A stretch of DNA of 58,554 nt from an uncultured Candidatus Saccharibacteria bacterium (GCA_964585475.1 CAZPDF010000007.1:1-58554); one strand, 5' to 3'; counted from the first letter of the stretch, positions 27,509 to 36,548 are shown. Notes: generated by a model not told the origin, from the sequence alone. Numbers and translations: made by a program.

Positions 27509-27742
27509 ATGAACCAAACTGTAAAATCTTTGATAGATCTTATGAGCGTTCTTATGATCGTCGTCATTTTTGTCCTCACCCTTATTAGTATTGCTGCAGT
27601 TTGGAAATTTATTGAAGTTCAAGACATTTTATATAAGTCAGTTTTTTCATTCTCTATCCTGGCTATTGCATATGTAGTCATCATTGTCGCAGTTCGTTAT
27701 TGGGAAGCGCGGCACGAGGTAAACACGACGGATAATAACTAG
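27509..27742 (+). CDS. Small 2-TM membrane protein
   Basis: Paralogous to the next ORF (ISIAAVWKFIEVQDILYKS vs LAILSVWEVLEKNDVYKA). Confidence 0.45.
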   Translation: MNQTVKSLIDLMSVLMIVVIFVLTLISIAAVWKFIEVQDILYKSVFSFSILAIAYVVIIVAVRYWEARHEVNTTDNN

Positions 27743-27768
27743 AGTTCATCGGATAAGCTCAAAAATTA

Positions 27769-28080
27769 ATGCTTTTCACCACAATTCGAAAATCTGCCAT
27801 TACTGTGCTTGTCGTCGCAATTGCCGCTTTTGCCTTTCTTGCTATTCTTTCTGTTTGGGAAGTTTTAGAAAAAAATGATGTGTATAAGGCACTTACGTCC
27901 ATGGCGATTATTTCATTTGCAAGTTTTCTAGTTATCTTAGTTTGTTTGGAAAGAGAGGGAAAGCTTTGGCAGCTCGTTTCAGGAAGCAACGCGTCGTTTT
28001 CAATGAGCAGGGTAGTTGTAGCACTAATTGTACTATTCTTTGTCCTTTTTTATTTTCTCCGGTTTGCATCTTATTTTTAG
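27769..28080 (+). CDS. Small membrane protein, tandem paralogue of 27509-27742
   Basis: Shared sequence pattern with the previous ORF plus an extra C-terminal TM helix. Confidence 0.45.
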   Translation: MLFTTIRKSAITVLVVAIAAFAFLAILSVWEVLEKNDVYKALTSMAIISFASFLVILVCLEREGKLWQLVSGSNASFSMSRVVVALIVLFFVLFYFLRFASYF

Positions 28081-28106
28081 TAGGTTGTAAACTGTATTTA
28101 GCAGCG

Positions 28107-28129
28107 AGGCCGTACATGGCCTATTTTTT
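28107..28129 (+). terminator. Intrinsic terminator
   Basis: AGGCC-gtacat-GGCCT followed by ATTTTTT. Confidence 0.55.
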
Positions 28130-28160
28130 ATAAAAGTTTTCCGAACCAGCCATCTAGATA

Positions 28161-28186
28161 TCAAAACAACCGCCTAAAAAGCGGTT
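28161..28186 (-). terminator. Terminator downstream of ssrA
   Basis: On the minus strand: AACCGC-ttttag-GCGGTT followed by GTTTTGA. Confidence 0.5.
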
Positions 28187-28197
28187 ATCTTGTCAAC

Positions 28198-28543
28198 TGG
28201 AGATGGCGGGAATCGAACCCGCGTCTAGAAGATTTAGCGATCAAAATTTGTACAAGCTTATCTCGAGTAAATCGAGAGAGTTGTTCGGTTAATGTCGCGA
28301 TCCTTACCGAACGTTGGGATCGTCAAGCTCTATGGTATAACACCGGTGATCGACCTCACGAGCCTTGATCGGCCGATGCTTGGGAATCTAAAAGATTCTC
28401 AAGTGACCCTTTGTTACGCTACTGCCAAAGCAGGTCGCATCGCAAAGGATTTAAATAAGTTTGCACTTATTTGGTACAGGGGTTTTACGAGTTATCCTGC
28501 GTCCTCGGCTTGATTTCAATTGCCTCATTCCTCTATCGAAGCC
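28198..28543 (-). ncRNA. ssrA: tmRNA (ssrA)
   Basis: 5' GGGGATGATCGGCTTCGATAG. 3' GCGGGTTCGATTCCCGCCATCTCCA with a G3:U pair in the acceptor stem. Tag ORF at 28464-28414 reads GCA AAC.. = ANLFKSFAMRPALAVA then stop. Lies directly downstream of smpB. Confidence 0.8.
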
Positions 28544-28545
28544 GA

Positions 28546-28992
28546 TCATCCCCGTTTCATAGCGCGGCTTATTTCGCGGCTAGTTTCTCGTCTTTTAATT
28601 ACTTCTCGTTTATCGGTTTTCTTCTTATGTTTGGCAAGTCCTATCAAAATTTTGATCCTGCCCCGCTTAGTATATACCTTGAGGGGTACGATTGTCAATC
28701 CCTTTTGGGCGAAGGAGCCGATAAGTTTCTGGATTTCGGATTTATGCAAGAGAAGTCGCCGCGAGCGCGTCGAATCGTAATCTTTAGGCGCGTTTTTGGG
28801 CTGATATGGCGGAATGGTTGCGTTGAGGAGCCAACCCTCGTTGTTTCGTATAACCGCAAATGACCCCGCCAGGTTTACGTGTCCGGCTTTCACCGCCTTC
28901 ACCTCAAATCCGAAAAGCTCAATTCCGGCCTCAAGTGTTTCGAGGATTTCATAATCAAAATGCGCTCTACGGTTGACAGCAAGATCAGCCAT
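28546..28992 (-). CDS. smpB: SsrA-binding protein SmpB
   Basis: NRRAHFDYEILETLEAGIEL.G.EVKA.. and RSRRLLLHKSEI. Confidence 0.9.
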   Translation of the reverse strand: MADLAVNRRAHFDYEILETLEAGIELFGFEVKAVKAGHVNLAGSFAVIRNNEGWLLNATIPPYQPKNAPKDYDSTRSRRLLLHKSEIQKLIGSFAQKGLTIVPLKVYTKRGRIKILIGLAKHKKKTDKREVIKRRETSREISRAMKRG

Positions 28993-29328
28993 GTGTTATA
29001 GTTAGTATAGCATATTTTTTGACGGAAATGAGGGTTTCATGAACGAGAAAAGAACTGACGTTGTTGAATCTCAAACACCCCAAATTTGTTCCGCCCGGCT
29101 CCCGGGTTGGAGAACCGCAATGAACCGCGTGCCTTTCATCAAGGGACTTCTTCATTTTTGGTGGGCGCTTGCCACGATGAATCCTGTTGCGGTATTTCTC
29201 ATCGGCCCAATTCTTACATCCTGCTCCGGCATAAGAAAAATCGCCCGATAAACGGGTCTTTTTTTTGCTTGACACGCCTGTGCAAGTATGTAACTAATAG
29301 AATCAACGATCTTTTGGGGTGTATTTCA

Positions 29329-30240
29329 ATGAAGAAGTGGCAGAGGGCGCCTTGGATTGCGGCACTTCTCTTTGCTTTTTGGTTCATGTCGCTTCCGACC
29401 GCGGAGCCAGCCGCACATACCACCGAAGGGGATCTTGCAACCGCAAGTCTTCGAGAGGACATTAAGATTCTTGGTGAAATGATTGGGCAGGACCTTTCTG
29501 GTTATAAGCCCCCCGTTGTATCTATTCTTTCTCTGGATGGATTTAGGGCGATTATCGCTGAAAATGTAACGAGGGGCGAGCTTCCACCAGGAGACTACGT
29601 TGGGTTTTTTGACTGCGATGACCGAGACAGATTGTTGATCAGTACGGAATACGTTGCCGCAGCAGATGCGACAAAAACTGATCCGCGGAAATATTTTCTT
29701 CTAACCCGTTTTCACGAGTTGTATCACTGGGCGATGTGCGTTACCGGAGGGAAGTACCGCTTTCGTATAAATCGTGATCCGCAGTATCCTGTGAATGTGG
29801 CCCTGTGGTATAAAGAAGAGTACATGGCGAATATGCTTGAGCGGCGGTACCTCATTGAACGGCTTGGCACCGTAACGCCTACGGAGAAAGATTTCCGTTC
29901 AGTTCCGCATCCAAACCGCATGCGGGCGAAGTTTCCTAAAGACCCGCTTCTTCAACTAGCCCTTCCGTGGGATCTGGATCAGGGGCTCGTGCCGGCGAGT
30001 ACCGAAGATAATAACAACATTTTTATTTATATCTGGTTTGCCAAAGTTCCAGATCAGAGCGGACGGCTTCAATATGTCTTCAACCTCATAAGTCATCGCG
30101 GAGAAGCAGTTGAAATACGGATCTTCAAAGATGGTCAATTATTCCATGGGTGGACAGATAAGGGGTATGTAGGAAATCCCTTGAGTGAGAAGTTCCCCGC
30201 AAACCCCGTATATGTAGGTGAGTGGGTACAGTTTAAGTAA
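29329..30240 (+). CDS. Hypothetical secreted protein
   Basis: Internal ATG at 29329 gives MKKWQRAPWIAALLFAFWFMSL, a signal peptide. TTGACA at 29269. Confidence 0.5.
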   Translation: MKKWQRAPWIAALLFAFWFMSLPTAEPAAHTTEGDLATASLREDIKILGEMIGQDLSGYKPPVVSILSLDGFRAIIAENVTRGELPPGDYVGFFDCDDRDRLLISTEYVAAADATKTDPRKYFLLTRFHELYHWAMCVTGGKYRFRINRDPQYPVNVALWYKEEYMANMLERRYLIERLGTVTPTEKDFRSVPHPNRMRAKFPKDPLLQLALPWDLDQGLVPASTEDNNNIFIYIWFAKVPDQSGRLQYVFNLISHRGEAVEIRIFKDGQLFHGWTDKGYVGNPLSEKFPANPVYVGEWVQFK

Positions 30241-30297
30241 TGAAGCGGCAGCAATGTCGCTCTTTTAAATTTCTCTATATTTCTGTACGCTTAAAAT

Positions 30298-31935
30298 ATG
30301 ATACGAGAGGAGATAAAAAACCAGATACTTTCGGCGATCAAGAATACTTTTGGGGAGAGAGAACCCCCAGGATTTTCTATTGAAATTCCAGAAAACCCCG
30401 AGCACGGAGATTATGCGACGAATGCGGCAATGATTTTAGCGAAAGCGTTAAAGAAAAAGCCGATAGAAATTGCGTCGGCACTAGCCGAAGAACTAAGAAT
30501 TAAGAATAAAGAATTAAGGACCGAAACGGTGCCACCCGGTTTTATAAATTTTTGGTTGTCGCGGGGAGCACTTAATCGCGAATTTGCCGAAATTCTTAAA
30601 AAAGACAAAAAATACGGCCGCGGAGAGAAAAAGAAAGAAAAAATTCAGGTTGAATTTATTTCGGCAAATCCGACGGGACCTCCTACTCTTGCGAATGGCC
30701 GAGGCGGGTTTTTGGGCGATGTTTTGGCGAATGTGCTTGAATTCTCTGGATACGGTGTGGAGAGGGAATATTATGTGAATGATACAGGAAACCAGATTTT
30801 AACGTTTGGGAAATCGTTTCTCGCGGCGGCGGGCCTTATCCCGGAAGAAGAAAATTTCTATAAAGGTGCGTATGTAAAAAAGTGGGCAAAAGCTCATCGG
30901 GTGCTCGTTAAAAAATGCAAAAACGATCCGATGCGGCTCGGAAGGGAGGCGGCCCGCGTTTTTTTGAAGGATATTAAGGCCGTCATAAAAAAGGCGGGAA
31001 TCGGGTTTGACCGCTTTACTTCGGAGTATAATCACCTCCACAAAAAAAAATTCGTCAAAAAAGCGTTAGATCACCTCCGCAGAACAGGGGCGGTTTATAA
31101 AAAAGACGGCGCGGTGTGGCTAAAAACCACCAGTTTTGGCGATGATAAGGATCGGGTTCTTGTAACAAGCGATGATTTCGCCACCTATTTTTTGTCAGAC
31201 GCGGGGCACTATCTGGAAACCAAAAGCCGCGGATTTGATGCAAAAATTAATATTCTGGGGCCGGATCACTACGGATACGTAAAAAGGATTCAGGCCGCGG
31301 CAAAGCTGCTTGGTCTTAAAAAATCAGAGGTTGTCGTCACTCAGGCAGTAAGGATCGTTCGTGGGGGAAAAGAAATGAAAATGTCCAAGCGTCGCGGAGA
31401 CTTTCTCGCGTTTGAGGAACTCATTAAGGAAGTCGGTTCTGACGCTGCGCGCTATTTTTTCCTGGAAAAGTCTCCGGATACGCATATGGACTTTGATCTG
31501 GATCTAGCGAAAGAAAGGTCGGTGAAGAACCCGGTTTATTATATACAATATGCGCACGCGCGCATCGCTTCTATTTTTCGTAAAGCATCTTCCTTGCGTC
31601 ATCCTGAGGGAGCGAAGCGACCGAAGGATCTAAAGAGATCCTTCGCTTCGCTCAGGATGACTCTGTTGAAGGAAAAGGAAGAGCTGGATTTGATTAAAAA
31701 ATTGATACAATTCCCCGAAGTCGTGGAAGACACCGCGCGAGATTATCAAGTTCATCGCCTCACGCGCTATGCTTACGAGCTTGCGCGAGTTTTTCATAAC
31801 TTCTACGAAAAGCACCGGGTAATTACAGAGGATAAAGAATTGACGCAGGCGCGTCTCGCCCTTGTCAAAGCCGCCCAGATTGTGCTACAACAAGTTTTAG
31901 GTCTTCTAGGCATCTCAGCGCCAGAAAGGATGTAG
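30298..31935 (+). CDS. argS: Arginine--tRNA ligase, with a degenerate HIGH motif and an in-frame repeat insertion
   Basis: SANPTGP..NDTGNQI, MKMSKRRGD, and the C-terminal DALR-type anticodon-binding region (YYIQYAHARI). Confidence 0.85.
   Translation: MIREEIKNQILSAIKNTFGEREPPGFSIEIPENPEHGDYATNAAMILAKALKKKPIEIASALAEELRIKNKELRTETVPPGFINFWLSRGALNREFAEILKKDKKYGRGEKKKEKIQVEFISANPTGPPTLANGRGGFLGDVLANVLEFSGYGVEREYYVNDTGNQILTFGKSFLAAAGLIPEEENFYKGAYVKKWAKAHRVLVKKCKNDPMRLGREAARVFLKDIKAVIKKAGIGFDRFTSEYNHLHKKKFVKKALDHLRRTGAVYKKDGAVWLKTTSFGDDKDRVLVTSDDFATYFLSDAGHYLETKSRGFDAKINILGPDHYGYVKRIQAAAKLLGLKKSEVVVTQAVRIVRGGKEMKMSKRRGDFLAFEELIKEVGSDAARYFFLEKSPDTHMDFDLDLAKERSVKNPVYYIQYAHARIASIFRKASSLRHPEGAKRPKDLKRSFASLRMTLLKEKEELDLIKKLIQFPEVVEDTARDYQVHRLTRYAYELARVFHNFYEKHRVITEDKELTQARLALVKAAQIVLQQVLGLLGISAPERM
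31598..31661. repeat. GTCATCCTGA...TCAGGATGAC palindromic element inside argS
   Basis: GTCATCCTGAGGGAGCGAAGCGACCGAAGGATC / GATCCTTCGCTTCGCTCAGGATGAC. Translated as HPEGAKRPKDLKRSFASLRMT. Confidence 0.8.
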
Positions 31936-32051
31936 AAAATGATTTTGGGCTGGCTATTCTTTGGAAGTAGGCAACACCCCCCCCGGTTGCCTTTTTGATT
32001 TGGCGGCCTTGGGGTAAAATAAGGTTAGTTCAGAGAAAGACGGGCTAGGCG

Positions 32052-32696
32052 ATGAAAAGGCCGATAATTTTTGCGGGACTTTTGTTCCTAGGCGCTTTCG
32101 AGCCCTGCGGCGATGCCTTAGCCGGGGGAAAACAGCCGTTTCCCATTATCGAGAATGTGCCGCACGTATGGGCGGGGAAGATGATTCATGAGACCACGCC
32201 CGGAGATGACCCTTCCAGTCTTTTTATACTCCGATATTACGAAGCAGCCGGAGGAGAAAATTGGGGCCCCTTCGGAAGCTGTATTTTGCTTCGCGAAGTT
32301 CCCGAGATTGGGTGTCTCGTCATGGTGTGGGGGATCCAGCGGGATCGCGACGGCGCATACGATTTTTCGACGGCTACATTTTCTCACCGGATCGATGATA
32401 CGCAATGGTTTGTTGCCCCCCCAGCGCAGAGCATACGTCCCTATCTCGGAGACATGCGAGCGGTTTCCGTCATAGCATACCGTACTTTTTTCAAGGAACA
32501 TCCGAAGCTTGGCGGCCGCATTAAGGAAGTGGTTGAGCACCACGAAGTTATCCGCTATGCGCGTCGCACCATTCAGGAAGTGACGTTCAAAATGTTTGAT
32601 CCTGCCGGAAAAGAGATGGCGTACTGGTTTACGCTAATTCTCAATCCTCCGCGAGTGATTGAAAAAGAAGAGAACATGATCGTTTCCCCGCCCTAA
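32052..32696 (+). CDS. Hypothetical secreted protein
   Basis: Signal peptide, no recognised motif. Confidence 0.45.
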   Translation: MKRPIIFAGLLFLGAFEPCGDALAGGKQPFPIIENVPHVWAGKMIHETTPGDDPSSLFILRYYEAAGGENWGPFGSCILLREVPEIGCLVMVWGIQRDRDGAYDFSTATFSHRIDDTQWFVAPPAQSIRPYLGDMRAVSVIAYRTFFKEHPKLGGRIKEVVEHHEVIRYARRTIQEVTFKMFDPAGKEMAYWFTLILNPPRVIEKEENMIVSPP

Positions 32697-32749
32697 AAGG
32701 CGGGTTTTTTGAAATTGATTTTGGCACGCAACGTGTTAGCATAGAAGCT

Positions 32750-35700
32750 ATGCAGGGAAAATCAGCATTCAATTTGCCGTCCCTCGAAGAGAAGATCCTC
32801 GGATTTTGGGAGGAAAATAAGATTTTTGAAAAATCTCTTGAAAGGACGAAAAAAGGGAAACGATTTGTCTTTTTTGAGGGCCCCCCTACGGCCAACGGCC
32901 TTCCGCACATCGGACATGCGCTCTCCCGTGCGTTCAAGGATATCATCCTCCGCTATAAAACCATGCGGGGTTTTTATGTTCCTCGCAAAGCAGGGTGGGA
33001 TACGCACGGGCTTCCGGTCGAGATAGAGGTTGAAAAAATACTCGGATTCAAATCCAAACGGGATATCGAAAAATACGGCATTGCTAGATTCAATCAAAAA
33101 GCTAAAGAATCGGTCTGGCGCTATAAGGACGAGTGGGAGAAATCCACGAAACGTCTGGGTTTTTGGCTGGACCTGGAACACCCCTACATTACTTACGATA
33201 CCGCTTATATTGAAACGCTTTGGTGGATTATTAAAGAAATATGGAAGAAAGGCTTGCTTTATCAGGATTTCAAAGTTATCCCTTGGTGCCCGCGCTGTCA
33301 AACCGGACTTTCTTCCCACGAAGTCGGGCTGGGTTACAAAAAGATAAAAGAGGATTCTATATATGTAAAGCTTAAGCTAAAAAACAAGACCAATGAATAT
33401 CTGCTTATTTGGACTACTACCCCTTGGACCTTGCCGGCGAATGTGGCTGTAGCCCTTAATCCGCAGACGGAATATACGAAGTATAAGATAAAAGGCGAAT
33501 ACTTATGGTCCGCCCGCACCCCTCCTTACGAAACGCCAGAAAAAATTTCGGTAGTTGAGAAGGCCTCCGGCAGATCTCTTTTGGGGATCAAGTATGAGCC
33601 GCTTTTCCGCGTGCCGAAAGAATGTTCTTTGGGCGGCGTTCCGGAATTCGCTACTATTGCCGGCGAATTTATTTCGCTTGAGGAGGGAACCGGCATGGTA
33701 CATATTGCGCCGGCTTTTGGTGACGAGGATATGGAAACGGCCAAGCGCATGTGGCGCGGCTCTTATCCGATTCTTCACACGGTGAACACTGACGGCACGA
33801 TGAAGAAGGGCGTAATTGGCGAAAAGAAATTCGTCAAAGACGCAGACAAACTCATCATCGAGGATTTGAAGCGCCGCGGCCTTCTTTACGCGGCCGAACC
33901 CTATGAGCATGATTATCCTTTCTGCTGGCGGTGTTCCACGCCCCTGCTTTATTTTGCCAAGACCGCCTGGTGGATAAAGATGCGCGACGTCAAGAAAAAA
34001 TTAATAGAAAACAACGGCCGGATCAACTGGATTCCGTCGCACTTAAAAACCGGGCGTTTCGGAGAGTTTTTGGCCGATATTCGCGATTGGGCATTCTCGC
34101 GCGAGCGCTTCTGGGGAACGCCGCTGCCTGTGTGGCGATGTGATAAGTGCGACCACCAGGAAGTAATAGGAGGGAGGGAGGAGTTGGCGCGGCGCGCGGG
34201 TCCTGCCCGCAATCGCTTTTTTTTAATGCGCCACGGCGAAGCTCTCTCGAACGTTAAAAATATAGTATCGTATGCGCCCGATGGCAAGTATCGCGAAACC
34301 CTGCGGGGTCTTGTCCAGGACGAGCGAGCCGCAAAAAAGCTGAAAAAGATAGGCATTGATTTTATTTACACTTCCGATGTTCTGCGGACCAAACAAACCG
34401 CAGAAATTGTAGGGGGAGTTCTGGGCCTAAAACCGCGTATTGATACTCGGCTCCACGAACTCAACGCGGGAGATTTGGAGGGGAGGCACCCCGATGAATA
34501 CCATAGTTATTTTTCTTTCGAGAGCGAGAAATTTACCAAGCGTCCGCCAGGCGGCGAAAATCTCACCGAGGTCCGGAAGCGGATGCTCGAAGTTGTCGAG
34601 GAACTGGAGCAGAAGCACTCCGGCAAGACCATTCTTTTGATCAGTCACGAGCATCCGCTGTGGCTGCTTTATGCCGGTTCCATCGGTTTGACGAACGAAG
34701 AAACGTTGGCTCTGCGAAGCGGCAGTCGGAGGGAGGAATTCATTCATTTTGCTGAAGTTATGGAGTTGCCATATGTCAGGTTGCCCCGAGATGAAAACGG
34801 GGAGGTGGATCTCCATCGTCCGTATGCGGATTCTTTCAAGATTCCTTGCGGCCGGTGCGACGGCTTAATGAAAAGAGTTACGGAGGTGATAGACGCTTGG
34901 TTTGATTCCGGGTCCATGCCCTTCGCCCAAGCCCACCGTCCGTTCGGGGACCATTTACCATTTACTAGTTACCAGTCCCAATATCCCGCCGACTACATTT
35001 GCGAGGGCGTTGATCAGACCCGGGGGTGGTTTTATACCTTGCTTGCGGTTGCTACGCTTCTCGGCAAGCCCTCCCCCTATAAGAATGTGATATCTCTTGG
35101 CCATGTCCTTGATAAAAGCGGCCAGAAAATGTCTAAATCTAAAGGAAACGTGGTTAACCCCGGCGAAATCATTAAAAAATACGGCGCCGATACCCTGCGC
35201 TGGTATTTCTATACAATAAATTCCCCGGGGGAACCCAAACGTTTTGATGAGAAGGACCTTATGGGTAAGCTTCGTGGGTTTTTGATGACTTTTTGGAACT
35301 GTTTTGTGCTTTTTGATACATATGTAGATAAAATTCGAAACCTGCCCCGCACCGTGCCGGAGGCCCTGGTGCGGGGTTCGAAATTCCCCGGCCTCGCCCG
35401 AGCTCTGCCGAGGGCGGGCGAAATTCGAAATTCTAAAAACGTTCTTGATAGATGGGTGCTTGCGAAGCTCGAGATACTAGAGAGAGACGTTACCATGAAA
35501 CTTGATGCGTATGATATTACCGGGGCGGGAAGAGTAATTGAGGAGTTTGTCATAAATGATTTCTCGCAGTGGTATCTGCGCAGATCCCGCAGGAGATTTC
35601 AGCGCCCAGAATCAAAAGAAATATTTGCTGAAGCCGCCGAAACTACTGCGCAGGTACTTTATCAGCTCTTGCGCATTTCCGCTCCGTTTGTTCCGTTTTT

Positions 35701-36388
35701 GGCGGAAACAATTTATCAGGAGCTTAGGAAGAAACTGAAATTGAAAGAAACGAGTATTCATCTTGTTGGGTGGCCAATTCTCTTGTGTGTCATTCCGAGG
35801 CGAAAGCCGAGGAATCTCACGAGATCCTTCGCCCCGTATAGCTCCCCGCGGGTGATTATACGGGGCTTCGCTCCGCTCAGGATGACGGCGGGGGAGAAGA
35901 AAATTTTGGGCAACATGGAGGAAGTTAGAAAGATTGTCGCGGACGCGTTGAGGTTGCGTGCGGCCGCCGAAATCAAGGTTCGTCAGCCGCTCGCTTCGCT
36001 ACAAATTCGAAATCCAAAATTCGAAATCCGAAACGAAAAGGAGCTGTTAGATCTGATCCGAGACGAAGTGAATGTTAAAAAAGTTGCGTTCGGAGTTGAG
36101 TTTAAGTTGGAGACGACCTTAACGCCGGAATTAAAAGAAGAGGGAGTTGCGCGCGAGATCATCCGTAATATTCAGGAGATGCGTCGTGGCGGCGGTTTTC
36201 ACCCGGCCGATTTGATTTTCATCCAAATCGCGGGAAGCGAGGCGACCGGGACGGTTATCGAGAGATGGCAGCAGTTTATTCAAAAAGAAACAAATTCGCG
36301 AAAAGTTATCGTTGGCGGGAAAAAAATTTTTAAGATCGAGCGCGAAATAATTATTGACGGGTTGCAACTTTGGATAGGAATTCGGTAG
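32750..36388 (+). CDS. ileS: Isoleucine--tRNA ligase carrying an inserted histidine-phosphatase domain and repeat insertions
   Basis: PPTANGLPHIGHA (HIGH), KMSKSKGN, WCPRCQT, and CDKC..CGRC zinc knuckles. 1212 aa. Confidence 0.9.
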   Translation: MQGKSAFNLPSLEEKILGFWEENKIFEKSLERTKKGKRFVFFEGPPTANGLPHIGHALSRAFKDIILRYKTMRGFYVPRKAGWDTHGLPVEIEVEKILGFKSKRDIEKYGIARFNQKAKESVWRYKDEWEKSTKRLGFWLDLEHPYITYDTAYIETLWWIIKEIWKKGLLYQDFKVIPWCPRCQTGLSSHEVGLGYKKIKEDSIYVKLKLKNKTNEYLLIWTTTPWTLPANVAVALNPQTEYTKYKIKGEYLWSARTPPYETPEKISVVEKASGRSLLGIKYEPLFRVPKECSLGGVPEFATIAGEFISLEEGTGMVHIAPAFGDEDMETAKRMWRGSYPILHTVNTDGTMKKGVIGEKKFVKDADKLIIEDLKRRGLLYAAEPYEHDYPFCWRCSTPLLYFAKTAWWIKMRDVKKKLIENNGRINWIPSHLKTGRFGEFLADIRDWAFSRERFWGTPLPVWRCDKCDHQEVIGGREELARRAGPARNRFFLMRHGEALSNVKNIVSYAPDGKYRETLRGLVQDERAAKKLKKIGIDFIYTSDVLRTKQTAEIVGGVLGLKPRIDTRLHELNAGDLEGRHPDEYHSYFSFESEKFTKRPPGGENLTEVRKRMLEVVEELEQKHSGKTILLISHEHPLWLLYAGSIGLTNEETLALRSGSRREEFIHFAEVMELPYVRLPRDENGEVDLHRPYADSFKIPCGRCDGLMKRVTEVIDAWFDSGSMPFAQAHRPFGDHLPFTSYQSQYPADYICEGVDQTRGWFYTLLAVATLLGKPSPYKNVISLGHVLDKSGQKMSKSKGNVVNPGEIIKKYGADTLRWYFYTINSPGEPKRFDEKDLMGKLRGFLMTFWNCFVLFDTYVDKIRNLPRTVPEALVRGSKFPGLARALPRAGEIRNSKNVLDRWVLAKLEILERDVTMKLDAYDITGAGRVIEEFVINDFSQWYLRRSRRRFQRPESKEIFAEAAETTAQVLYQLLRISAPFVPFLAETIYQELRKKLKLKETSIHLVGWPILLCVIPRRKPRNLTRSFAPYSSPRVIIRGFAPLRMTAGEKKILGNMEEVRKIVADALRLRAAAEIKVRQPLASLQIRNPKFEIRNEKELLDLIRDEVNVKKVAFGVEFKLETTLTPELKEEGVAREIIRNIQEMRRGGGFHPADLIFIQIAGSEATGTVIERWQQFIQKETNSRKVIVGGKKIFKIEREIIIDGLQLWIGIR
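35789..35886. repeat. GTCATTCCGA...TCAGGATGAC palindromic element inside ileS
   Basis: Translated as VIPRRKPRNLTRSFAPYSSPRVIIRGFAPLRMT, between SIHLVGWP and the MEEVRKIV helix. Confidence 0.75.
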
Positions 36389-36420
36389 CGTACGCTCTCG
36401 GCCCCATCGTCTAGGGCTTG

Positions 36421-36465
36421 AAAAATAAAAACACGTTCCGGTTGACCGGAACGTGTTTTTATTTT
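36421..36465 (+). terminator. Long-stem terminator after ileS
   Basis: AAAAATAAAAACACGTTCCGG-ttga-CCGGAACGTGTTTTTATTTT. Confidence 0.65.
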
Positions 36466-36548
36466 GTTTGAACGCGATTTACCCAGTTAGAAATTTATTT
36501 CAGTAAAACCCCTAACTATTTAAGAGACCGTAGAAGAACCCATCTTTA

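Noticed and set aside
34208-34800. An intein in IleRS.
   Set aside because: There is no Cys/Ser at the N-junction, no His-Asn plus Cys/Ser/Thr at the C-junction, and no endonuclease blocks. The segment carries histidine-phosphatase motifs instead.
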